Source of the DNA: Phaeosaccion multiseriatum
Lineage: Eukaryota; Protista; Ochrophyta, other classes
Length of the DNA: 64,000 nt
Assembly: GCA_965112735.1 (NCBI GenBank)
Contig: OZ218962.1
Coordinates: 186,001 to 250,000, forward strand
Direction of reading: 5' to 3'
Below the pieces are notes generated by a model, which made no database searches, was not told the DNA's origin, and saw only the letters and a program-made list of their open reading frames with translations. Positions 12,106 to 22,372 of this stretch are shown here, piece after piece; position 1 is the first letter of the stretch, and each line of letters starts with the position of its first letter. Both the position numbers and the translations under genes were made by a program.

Positions 12106-14375
12106 ATGACGAGGATGTTCGCGGGTCTTCTCGCGGTGCTGCTTGTCCAAGCAGGCACAGCCGAGAGGGAGGTGCCACTCCACGGCGGCAGCAGACGGCT
12201 GCAAGGGTTACCCGTGTTCCCTGTGGTGGACCAGGAGACGTACTTCCTGGGCACCAACCAATCGTCCTACTTAGCCGACCTCAACTTTCACAACTTCTTC
12301 ATCCCCGAGGCCATCTCGCGCTCATTCTTGCACAACCTGGTCAGCCCAGACGGCCTCTTGGATGTTCTCATGAGTGTTGGCTACTTCGCCGACGCGGAGT
12401 TCAGGACCAACGGACTGGACTATCTGCTAAACGAGGGCGCGATAACACAGGGAGAGGTGGGTGCCGTTGCTTCTCCAATATAGTGTTTGGTGGTGGCAAA
12501 GAAGTACTTCGTAGTAAGGAGCAGTTCGATTGTTCTGTGGCTCACGCAAGTCACAGTCCGGTTGCTCTGTTGTCTGTGGTCCAGCCAGCCTGCCCCCCTT
12601 CCGCCCCCTCCCTCTCACCCTCCCTTCTTGTCTTTCCGTAAACCCCTCTCTCCCTTCTCTTGCACTACAGTACACCAGAGTCTTGAGGCAGGTGGGCCGG
12701 GGGTCCTTCTCCCTCCGCGCGCGACCAATTGCCATGTTGGGCCTGCTAGCGGACGTTGCCTCTTTCAATGACTACCTGCTGAACTGGCAGATTGTGGTTT
12801 GGAACGAGGGGACGATGCTGGGTAGAGTGAAGGACATCGCACTCGACTATGACCTGAGTGCCCTTCCCGGATACTCTGCAGCCATCTTCTACGCCAGCTT
12901 GGACTCGTTCAAGCTGTCCTGTGGCGGCTGGTACACTCTCGGCCGCGGCGACACCGCTGAGCCGGAGGAGTTCGCCTTGGTGCCGTTCGAGGACCTGTAC
13001 GACCTGGCCGTTGATTACGTCGGTGCAAACCAACCCCTGCCGGACTACAGCCGCTGGGCGTGGGTGACCTGGTAAGCCCGCCTCCTCTGTCAGCTGTTTA
13101 GTCTCCATTCGCGCAAGCTCCTGTCTCGCCGTGATGTTGCTTGCCTACCTGTGCCTCGCCCTCATGTGCCTCTTGCGCTGGCGTCTTGCCTCCCTCGTCG
13201 CTGACGGACTGACTGACTGACAGACTGACAGACGGACTGACTGCCTGATTGACGGACTGACTGACTTTAGCTGACAGACTGACTTACTGACTGATTGCCG
13301 CCCCTCCCTTCTCCCCCTTGGCAGGCCGGCTAAACCCGTCGGTGAGGGCGAGCTCATCCTCAATGGAGAATTCTCCAACGGTTTGTCCGGCTGGTCTACG
13401 TACGTGCTCAACCAGGCAGCCAACTCCGTCACCGCCAGCGCCGGCCAGGCCCAGTTTGACGTGGCCGCCGCCGGCGCCCTGAGCTGGCACATGCAGCTGT
13501 ACCAGACCATTGTGACCCCTGTCGAGGGAGAGATGTTCACCCTGTCGGCGGACATTCAATCGGTTGGTGAGCCCCGGACCGTGGACATGGTTGTGGCCCA
13601 GAACGGAGGATCATGGACGACCTTCGGGGCCTCCTCGTGCGGCGTCGTGCCGGATGCCGTGACCAGGTGCAGTGTGACTGCGACGGTGACAATTGCCGGC
13701 GCTATCAAGCTCGTCATCCAAGGCGGCGACACCGCTGTCAATTTCTTCGTAGACAACGCCTCTGCCAGCCTCACGGAGGGGCCTGAACCGACGCTACCCC
13801 CCATTGGTACCCCCTCGCCCGCCTCGTCCTCGTCAGAGGATTCAGAACCTCCTGCTGCCACCCCCTCGCCCGTGTCGATGCCGCCCCCTACTCTTCCCCC
13901 AACGCTGGCTCCTGGTGCGGCGACGTCGGTGGAATTTGTCAACGGAGACTTTTCGAATGGTCTGGACGGGTGGGAGGCGTACGTCAAGGGCACAGTAGAC
14001 AACGGCGCCATTACAGCCAGCGCCGGAGAGGTCGAGTTCAGCCTCGACTCTGCGGGGGAGCAGGCATGGTGGATGCAGCTGTTCCAGGTGTTGACTCTCC
14101 CCACGGCAGGGCAGACATTCCGAATGTCGGCTGATGTGAGGGGCCTGAGCGAGACTGACCGGCCTGTGCAGATGTACATGCGCCAGATGGTCCGCCCCTG
14201 GACCACCTTTGCCATCGCCCTGGACGAGTGCGTTGCCACATCCGGCGTCACCACCACGTGCAGCATAGAGGCGGTGATTCCCGATGTGTCCATCCCCGTC
14301 AAGTTCTGTGTGCAGGGAGGGCACGCAGCGGGCGGCTTTGCGGTGGACAATTTGACGCTGACTGTGGTGGCTTAA
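12106..14375 (+). CDS. Secreted protein: unassigned ~220-aa N-terminal domain + CBM4_9-like module + Pro/Ser/Thr linker + CBM4_9-like module
   Basis: Signal peptide MTRMFAGLLAVLLVQAGTA followed by RRLQ. Three exons (about 12106-12456, 12671-13071, 13325-14375). CBM4-like motifs LILNGEFSNGLSGW...WHMQLYQ...FFVDNAS and FVNGDFSNGLDGW...WWMQLFQ...FAVDNLTL. Confidence 0.75.
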
Positions 14376-15214
14376 GGAGTGAGTGAGTGAGGGAGGTATG
14401 TAGGTTTACAAAGGGTGACTACAGCAGCGTCGTGTATATATTTTACGAGCGAGAGCTGCTGCTTCCCAGCCAGGCCAGTCATCTCAGGAGGACCGGCGGT
14501 GCTGCTCACCCCTTGCTCCCTGTCGAGAGGGCGGACGGATCCTGCGCCGCGAAGACCAAGGCATGCGTGAATGGCACTGAGAGGTGTCTAGGTCCCTCCT
14601 CGTCGCTGGGGCCGTGGCTGCCAGCAAGCACTCAGGGGGGGGGGGGGGGCGACAGCATGACAGCGCGGACGGTCGCGCAATAGGCGCCGATGGTGGTGCC
14701 ACTACGAAGGAATTAGCAGCCAGCAACGCCGCCCGGCCCGGCAGGCTGGCTGACTGTGCGATACGCATAGCACGCCCGCTGACGCTGCCACAAACATTAT
14801 TAGCACATGGCAGGCACGTCAGGTAGATGGGTCAAGCAAGGATGCAGCCACCCGCAGCCGGCTTTTTAGATTTTGGCCCGACGTGAGCTCGACAAGCAGG
14901 TTGGACCTCCTTGGAAGTCCGGTCAGCACAAAGGGCGTCGCCGCCTTCTTTCTCAGGCCGTAGCCGCCTAATCTTAGTAATCGTACCACGTAATCGCAGT
15001 ACTGCCTGTACCGTTTCAGTTTCAGTTTAGACCGGACCGTCCGCATGGCTTCGTTGAGATAGCAGCCACAGTAGCAGATCAAGGGAGGAGCAACACCCCA
15101 ACCTGTAGGTGTCGAGCACGCGCTGCTGTTGTTTGCCTGTCTCAAGTAAACTGAAACCGAAAATATGGGTTGTCTAATGACTCTATGTACTCATCCGCTC
15201 GTCTCCCCCGCTCA

Positions 15215-15811
15215 CTTACTCACTCACTCACTTACTCACGCACTCACCTCTCTCACCTCACTCATTCGCCTTACTCACCTCACTCAACCGACACGCCTCT
15301 CTGCGGAGTCACTCACTGACTCACTCACGCACTCACTCACTCAAGATCTCAACTCACGTAGTCATATAGTCACTCACTCACTCACTCACTCACTCACTCA
15401 CTCAAGAACTCACTCAAGAACTCAACTCACGTAATCTCTCACTCACTCACGCATTCACACAAGAACTCAACTCACGTAGTCACTCACTCACTCATCGACA
15501 CTCACTCTCACTCACTCACCCACTCACTCACCTACTCACTCACCCACTCACTCACTCACTCACCCACTCACGTAGTCACTCACTCACTCACTCAATTACG
15601 TAGTTACTCACTCACTCACTCACTCACTCACTCACTCACTCACTCACTCACTCACTCACTCACTCACTCACTCACTCACTCACTCACTCACTCACTCACT
15701 CACTCACTCACTCACTCACTCACTCACTCACTCACTCACTCACTCACTCACTCACTCACTCACTCACTCACTCACTCACTCACTCACTCACTCACTCACT
15801 CACTCACTCAC
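15215..15811. repeat. (TCAC)n microsatellite; degenerate 5' part, essentially pure from ~15607
   Basis: Directly visible tetranucleotide array. Confidence 0.95.
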
Positions 15812-16375
15812 TGGTCGACCCCTGACGCACTCTCGCCCACATTCTCGATAGCGCGCCTTTTTTTTTTTTTAATCTCTACCCCACTCCCGAGTCACTGACT
15901 CCACGCACTCAATCTCTACCCCACTCCCTGCCTGCCTCGACGGCCTCGACTCTCGAATCCCTTGCCTTACTACTCCCCTCACGAACCTCACTAAACTCAA
16001 CCATGATACAAGTACACACTATAATAGGGGGTTGAAAGGTGGAAAAAATGATAAGACCTCCCTCTCTGCTGAGTCACTCGCTGACTCATCTCACCCTCAC
16101 CTCTCACCGCCCTCTCTTCTCATGTTAGAACTTACATAAGGAGAAAAGAGGTTACACGCAAAAATATAAAAATACAACGCTTTTGCTGAGTCACCAGGTT
16201 TGGCGGGAATAAGTTAGGGGTATTTCCGGTGGCAGTTGGCCCCATCAGCCCATAAGTCAGCAGCCACCACCTGACTCCCTCTGACACATAAGAGCATTAA
16301 GAGAGAATGAACATAATCAAGGAAAGCGAAAGCATAAGGAAGTGTGTGTATCATCCCAGGAGCCCATAGGAAGAG

Positions 16376-18004
16376 ATGGACATGCGTGGCGCACAGCAGC
16401 GGCGGAAGCAGCAGCAGAGAAAGGGGGAGAGGGGGGCGACGACGAAGCATCTGACGAGGAAGGAGGAGCCTGGTTCCAACGGTGAGCAGCAGGGGCAGAG
16501 AGGAATGGGGAAGTCAAGGAGGAAGGAGCAGAAGCAACAAGGGGTCAAGGATAGCCCTTTGCAGGACCGCGTATCGAGCGACGTGCTGCCACATGTCTTG
16601 TCCTTCCTGGACGTCAAGGCGCTGTCCCGACTGCAGAGCGCCAGCACCTATCTGCTGGCAATGTGCGCTGACGAGGAGCTGTGGTACAGCCTCGCGTCTT
16701 CACTACTAGCGACAGGCCTGGAGACTTTGCAGCAGAGGCTTGGACTGGGCAACAGTAGACAGCTGCTCGAGGCTGTGCTCCGGTGCGGCGTGCCTTGCGG
16801 AGTCACGGGCTGCTGGAGGGCGGCTGGGGCAGCCGTGGTGCCGGCCCGGCCTCCCCGGAAAGGCGCAGGAGGAGAGTCGCTACAGGAGTATATGCAGCGG
16901 ACCGCGACAGAGGAGGCGACGGCGGCGAAGGGAAGGGACAGCTGGGCATTGGCAGTCGCAACCAGGGCTGCAAACACGGGGGACACCTGCAATGGGAATG
17001 GTAACTGGTCCTCGGGCGGGCTCATTCGCATCGTGGCCGTCCGCAGCGGCTTTGTTTGCTCCTCTGTGCTCGCCACGGGGGCGGCGAACCCCCTGTGGAA
17101 ATGCACGTTTCTTCCAAAGCCAGGCACAACAACCTCAGCGATGCTTCTCCGCTGGACCAACTTGAACAAGCTGGACAAACCTTCTGTAGGCCTGCCCGCG
17201 CCGGAGGGTGACGCGCCGGAGGGTGATGTGGTGGTCCGTCGCATCAGCGCAGACAGCTTCAGTGTGCTGCAGGGGTCCTCCATGAGGCGTTTCGTGCGCT
17301 TGCCGCCTGCCCTTGGCGGACATGAGCTTTCCAGTTCCCCGCCCTCCTTGCCGGCAGCCAGGGCCTGTGCGCGCCTCCGTCCGGGTGGACTGTTCTCGGC
17401 GCCCTATGGAACCCACGGGCTGGAGATCATCCAGACGGACCTTGTCACCGTGGAGCAGGCTGAGCAGCAGCAGCAGCACCACCACCAGCAGGAGCAGGTT
17501 GGCGTCGGAGTCGGAGTCGGAGTCGGAGTGGGAGGAAGAGGAGGTGGTAGCAGCAGCAGCAGCAGAAGGAGCAGGGATGAAACTGATGATGGGGCTTCGA
17601 CTCGTTGCCCTCTGCTGGACCACACCAGGGGGCCTCTGATGCACGGGGTCAAGATAACGGGGGACATCAACGTGCCTGCTGGAGCCACCACCTTCTACAT
17701 CGACCTCTCCAGGGAGTGCTGTGCCGCTCAGGCCTTCGGCGTGGGGGCGCTCCAGCACTTGGCCGTCGCCTTCCCCAACGGGCAGGCCTCCGTCACCGAC
17801 CTGGCTGCGCGGGAGAGCCTCATATCGGGCTGGTATAAGGGCATGGGCCAGGTGAACAAGGTGCCTGGCTTGTGGGCCCCCGAGTGGGTGGAGGTGTGGC
17901 TGCTGACTTACTACTCCGGCGCCACCGCGGCTTCATTGGTGTGGAAGGATAAGAGCGGGACTGGCCTGGCGGTGGTGGTGGACTTGCAGGAGCTCAAGCT
18001 GTAG
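16376..18004 (+). CDS. F-box protein with a DUF3506 (cyclin-D1-binding/EXECUTER-type) domain, FBXO31-like architecture
   Basis: Intronless 542-aa ORF. F-box: VSSDVLPHVLSFLDVKALSRLQSAS...DEELW. DUF3506 signature motifs: GLFSAPYGTHGLEII and GVKITGDINVPAGATTF. Confidence 0.8.
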   Translation: MDMRGAQQRRKQQQRKGERGATTKHLTRKEEPGSNGEQQGQRGMGKSRRKEQKQQGVKDSPLQDRVSSDVLPHVLSFLDVKALSRLQSASTYLLAMCADEELWYSLASSLLATGLETLQQRLGLGNSRQLLEAVLRCGVPCGVTGCWRAAGAAVVPARPPRKGAGGESLQEYMQRTATEEATAAKGRDSWALAVATRAANTGDTCNGNGNWSSGGLIRIVAVRSGFVCSSVLATGAANPLWKCTFLPKPGTTTSAMLLRWTNLNKLDKPSVGLPAPEGDAPEGDVVVRRISADSFSVLQGSSMRRFVRLPPALGGHELSSSPPSLPAARACARLRPGGLFSAPYGTHGLEIIQTDLVTVEQAEQQQQHHHQQEQVGVGVGVGVGVGGRGGGSSSSSRRSRDETDDGASTRCPLLDHTRGPLMHGVKITGDINVPAGATTFYIDLSRECCAAQAFGVGALQHLAVAFPNGQASVTDLAARESLISGWYKGMGQVNKVPGLWAPEWVEVWLLTYYSGATAASLVWKDKSGTGLAVVVDLQELKL

Positions 18005-18463
18005 GAGTGCAGCACGTACTGATTTGATTGGAAGTATAAGAGGAGATTTTTTTACCGTTAATATAAGGATTTGCAGAGTCGTCCCACTCCCTGAGCGACA
18101 GCTCGGCAGCACGGCCCGTACCGTGCCCTCACCTCCCCCTCTCCCGCTCTCCAGTGTTCTGCCGGTGCTCAACGGAATGGGCCCAGCGTTGTGCTGGTGC
18201 TGTCGCTCAATCAATCAATCAATCGATCAAGCAATAAATATATAAATAAATACAAGTAGTAAGCAAATGAAAGTATCGAAGGAGCTAGTTCGCTGGCCCT
18301 GGCTGGCTGCTGGTGGCTCTTGGCTCGTTCGTCGTTCGTCCTCGGGCGGCCGGCCGGCCGGGACCGGGCAAAAGAAGGTTTGCTTACAAATGGCGACGTG
18401 GTGCTCCAACATGTGAGCTTTCGTGCATTGGCAATCCCCTTAGATCCCAGTTAGATCCGCCTT

Positions 18464-21242
18464 ATGCGCGGGCTGCTTCTCCTTGTTGTAGTGCACGCCT
18501 GCTGTGCATTTCGCCCTTTGCCGAATCCTGCCGTGGCTGCCCACCTCCGTAAGAATAGCCGCCTCGGGTGTGAGATGAGCAAGGCTGCCGTGATGGCAAT
18601 GTCCAGGAAGGATCTGCAGACGCAGGCCAAAAGACTGGGGCTCAAGGCCATTGGAACCAACGATAGTCTCCGCGAGCGTCTCCTGGCGGTGGACAGAGGA
18701 CAGACAGCGCCATTGGTTGCTGCAGCGGCACCAGCCACGACGACGGGAAAGAGAGAAGGAGGAGCCGTGAAATCCTCTGACGCCAAGGTACGATTGCAGG
18801 GTTTGATTATGGGACGCTTGAGCGTGTGTGGATATACGCACTCCGAGAAAAAACGGAGGGAGGTTTACACGAGGGCTCTCTCACACACGCCCCCCCTTTC
18901 CACGCCCTCTCCTCCCTGAATGACTGGATGGTATTGGATGGCCTCCTCAGTCGTCACGGAAGCGGCCGCGCGCGGTTGCCCCCGCCCTGCCACAGCAGAG
19001 CGTGACCGGCCAGGAGAAAATCTTGCCCACCGTCATATACACATACGGGCCGCTGGTGAAGGGCCGTCTGCTGAGACGATACAAGCGCTTCCTGTGCGAC
19101 ATTGACTTCTCATCCGAGCAGCAGCAGGGGGAGGAGGGGGAGGGGGTGGGGAAGGAGGAAAGAGATGGAGAATGGGTAACGGCACACTGCCCCAACACTG
19201 GGCCTATGGTGGGGATGGGTCTAGATACTACGCCGACGGTGTTCCTCTCCACCAGCGACAACGCCTCACGCAAATACCCAAACACGCTCGAAATCGTGCG
19301 GTACGTGAAAGTTGTCGTGCTTGTTCTTGTCGTTAGATTAGACAAGTGGGGCATCTCTGAGTACTGGAATGTGGAAAGAATGATGATGACATGCCCGTCT
19401 TCAATGCAGGGCCTCCACTCTCATCCCCAGGCTCCTCCCTCCCACTCAACTTCCCCACCCCCTTCGTCCTGCGCTGCCCCCCCCCCCCCTTACCTCCTTC
19501 CTCCCCACCCCTGCCCAGCGTGGACAACACGCATGTGGGGGTGCACTCTGCCCTGGCCAACAAGATGGTCAAAGAGGCGCTGGAGGGGGGTTGTCTCAAA
19601 GACGTCGGGGCCTTCCACAGCCTCAGGACGGAGGTCAAAGTGGGTGAGAATGGGATATATGATATATTTGGCTGTCTGTCTGTCTGCCAGCGTGTCAGAT
19701 TTCTTGCCTGCGTACGTACGTGCGTGGTGCATTGGACTGGGGCCGTGCGACGCTGCATTGGGTATGCCTTTACGCCCCTCACTCGGCTGCTCTACTTTCG
19801 TACTTACTGCGTCGATTGCTCCTCTCCCTCCCTCCCTCCCTCCCTCCCTCCCTCCCTCCCTCCCTCCCTCCCTCTCTCTCCCTCTCTCCTTCCCTCCCTC
19901 CCTCCCTGCCTCAGGCGATTCTCGCTTGGATTTCCTGCTGGAGCGGCCGGGGGGGGGCAAAGTGTATCTTGAGGTCAAGTCCGTGACGCTTGCTGAGAGC
20001 ATTCCAAGGGGGGAGAGGGTGGTCACGTCGAGGTGCGCTAGGAGGAGGAGGAGGAGGAGGAGGAGGAGATGGAGGAGGGGGATAAGAAGGAGGGAGGAGG
20101 GAGGAGGGAGGAGGGAGGAGGAGGAGGAGGAGGAGGAGGAGGAGGAGGAGGAGGAGGAGGAGGAGGAGGAGGAGGAGGAAGAGGAAGAGGAGGAGGAGGA
20201 GGAGGAGGAAGAGGAGGAGGAGGAGGAGGAGGAGGAGGAGCAGGAGGAGGAGGAGGAGGGAGGAGGAGGATGAGGAGGAGGATGAGGAGGAGCCTGACTG
20301 AGCGCAGCACCACACGACGAGTGTTATTGTCAGTCATCATTGAGCAAAACACTGACAATGGATGTCCATCCCTTTCGGCGCCTCCCCCTCTGTCCTGCCT
20401 CGCCGGCAGCACGGCGCGACACATGTTGCCGTCCCAGCTCGGAAACCGCCATGACTTCTCTCCTGTCCCCTCACCCTCCTCCTGCCATCCACTGCCATCT
20501 CCTTGTCCCTTTGCACTCAACCCCTTGACTCTCACCAGTCCGTTCTTCAACAGCGAGCCGGCCCTCGGAGGGGTGGAGCAACAGCCGCAGGAGGAGGAGG
20601 AGAAAAGGGCTCTGTTCCCTGACACCAAGTCCGAGAGAGCGCAGAAACACGTCAAGTTGCTGATGAACCTTGCCAGGCAGGAGGGCACGGAAGCGCTGTT
20701 GCTCTTTCTAGTGCAGAGGGGGGATTGCGGAGAGTTCGCCGCCGCTAAGGAGAAGGATCCCGAGTACGCCAGGCAAGGAGGGGATGGCAGTGGTTGGGAA
20801 GGGCGGCGGGGGGGGGGGAGAAGGGGGGACGAGGAGCACGCCTCCCACCCTCCTCGCGCTCTCTCACACACACTCCCTCCCCCTCTCTGCCTCACACACG
20901 CATACGCAGTTTCCCTTCAGTTTCCTTTCAGTTTCCCTTTCTCCCAGAGAGTCTCCAATAATATTCACACGATCTCCCTCCCTCCCTCTCTCTCGTAACG
21001 CACACACACACGCTCTATACGTGACGCACACACACTCACACTCTCCCTCTGCCTCTCCCTCTCTCTATCCTGCTGATGTGTGTGGCTCTGCCTCTCCCTC
21101 TCTCTATCCTACTGATGTGTGTGGCAGGCTGCTGAGAGAGGCTGACGAGACAGGCGTCAAAATACTGCCCTACGCCTGCAGCCTGACACCAGACAGCGGG
21201 GAGGTGGTGCTACAGAAACTGCTCCCTCTAGTCCATCTGTGA
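18464..21242 (+). CDS. sfsA: Plastid-targeted SfsA-family (PD-(D/E)xK) nuclease-like protein with an N-terminal SAP domain
   Basis: Presequence [21 protein letters not shown]-like [27 protein letters not shown]. SfsA motifs across 6 exons: [56 protein letters not shown] and DPEYAR|[10 protein letters not shown]. Confidence 0.9.
20041..20290. repeat. (GAG)n trinucleotide tract in an SfsA intron
   Basis: Visible array; the poly-E, poly-G and poly-R ORFs here are artefacts of it. Confidence 0.95.
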
Positions 21243-22372
21243 ATCAGACCCCGGGGGGTAGAGGGCCTCCCGGGTGGTCCCGAGGGAAGGGGGGAGGGAA
21301 GGAGGGAATAAAAGAGGGAAATAAAACAGGGACGGAAGCAAGAAATGGCCCCCGCCCCTGCACTGCCATCCTGGAGCCCGAATGAATGACGACTTTTCAA
21401 ATGGGGGCCAAGCGCCATCGGTGGTGGAGCTGAAAACACAAGTATGAGCGATATAGAGATCGATATCCAGTGTCGAACATCGATTTGTCTCAACAGAAGT
21501 ATGAGCGGGTGGTAAAGCGCACAAGCTTCCTTGTCTGCGCGCGTCTTGTACCAAGTGTTCTTTGAATTAATCATATCGTAGTGATGTACTCGTGTGCTTT
21601 TGTGAGTGAAAAGTGAGTGAGTGAGTGAATCAGAGCCTTGAGAGCGCGAACGCATCAGCACGCATGCCCACAGAAAGTGTGCATGAACAGTCTGCCTTGC
21701 ATTGCTGCACCATTAAGCGTGGACCCTCCGCTGGAAGCCTCTCCCTAGAGGGCCCCCCCCGCCTCCTCCCTGACCCTGCAGCAGCTGCCCTCCCTCCTGC
21801 CGCGTCGCTCCTCTCGGCCAAGTGCCCTCGTGGAGTGCCATCCCCTGTGCCCTCCCCCTCCCATCCCCTCCCACCGCCTCCCAACCACTGCGTATATCCA
21901 TCTTCCCTCGTCAAAACAGCGCCGCCGTCATCTACTCCTCCGTCCCAGCGCTTCTAAAACAAATATCACTGTCTTATGTCTTACCACTACCGTATCGCTG
22001 TGCCCCACTGCCCAATCACTGTCGTACCACCAACTGCCCAATCGCTGTCCAAACATACCGCGCAAGAGAGCACAAGAGCCATCCCCTCATGCAGTCAGTC
22101 AGTCAGTCAGTCGGTCAGTCAGTCGGGCCTTCCCCTCTCCAAAAGCTTCACCCAAAAACGAGGCAAGTAGACACGTAGCCGTACAGTGTGTGTAAAAATC
22201 CATACGACTGCCATCCCTCTACCCCACCCCACCCTACCCCACCCTACACCCTTGTCGGTCCTTCGCTACCGAACACCGACAGAGAGCTAATGAAGGCAAA
22301 GGGTGCCTGCGCCAATCCGACGCGACACGCGATTAATACGCCCCACCCATATGCCTCTGTATGACCGCGCGC

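Noticed and set aside
14400-15170. Short ORFs or possible ncRNA downstream of the CBM4 gene
   Set aside because: No recognisable motif, splice pattern or RNA structure.
15607-15811. (TCAC)n as an interstitial telomere
   Set aside because: It is not a telomeric unit, and the same tetramer is common in introns throughout the window.
18464-21242. SfsA as a functional member of the sugar cluster
   Set aside because: The name is historical; the protein is nuclease-like and appears plastid-targeted.
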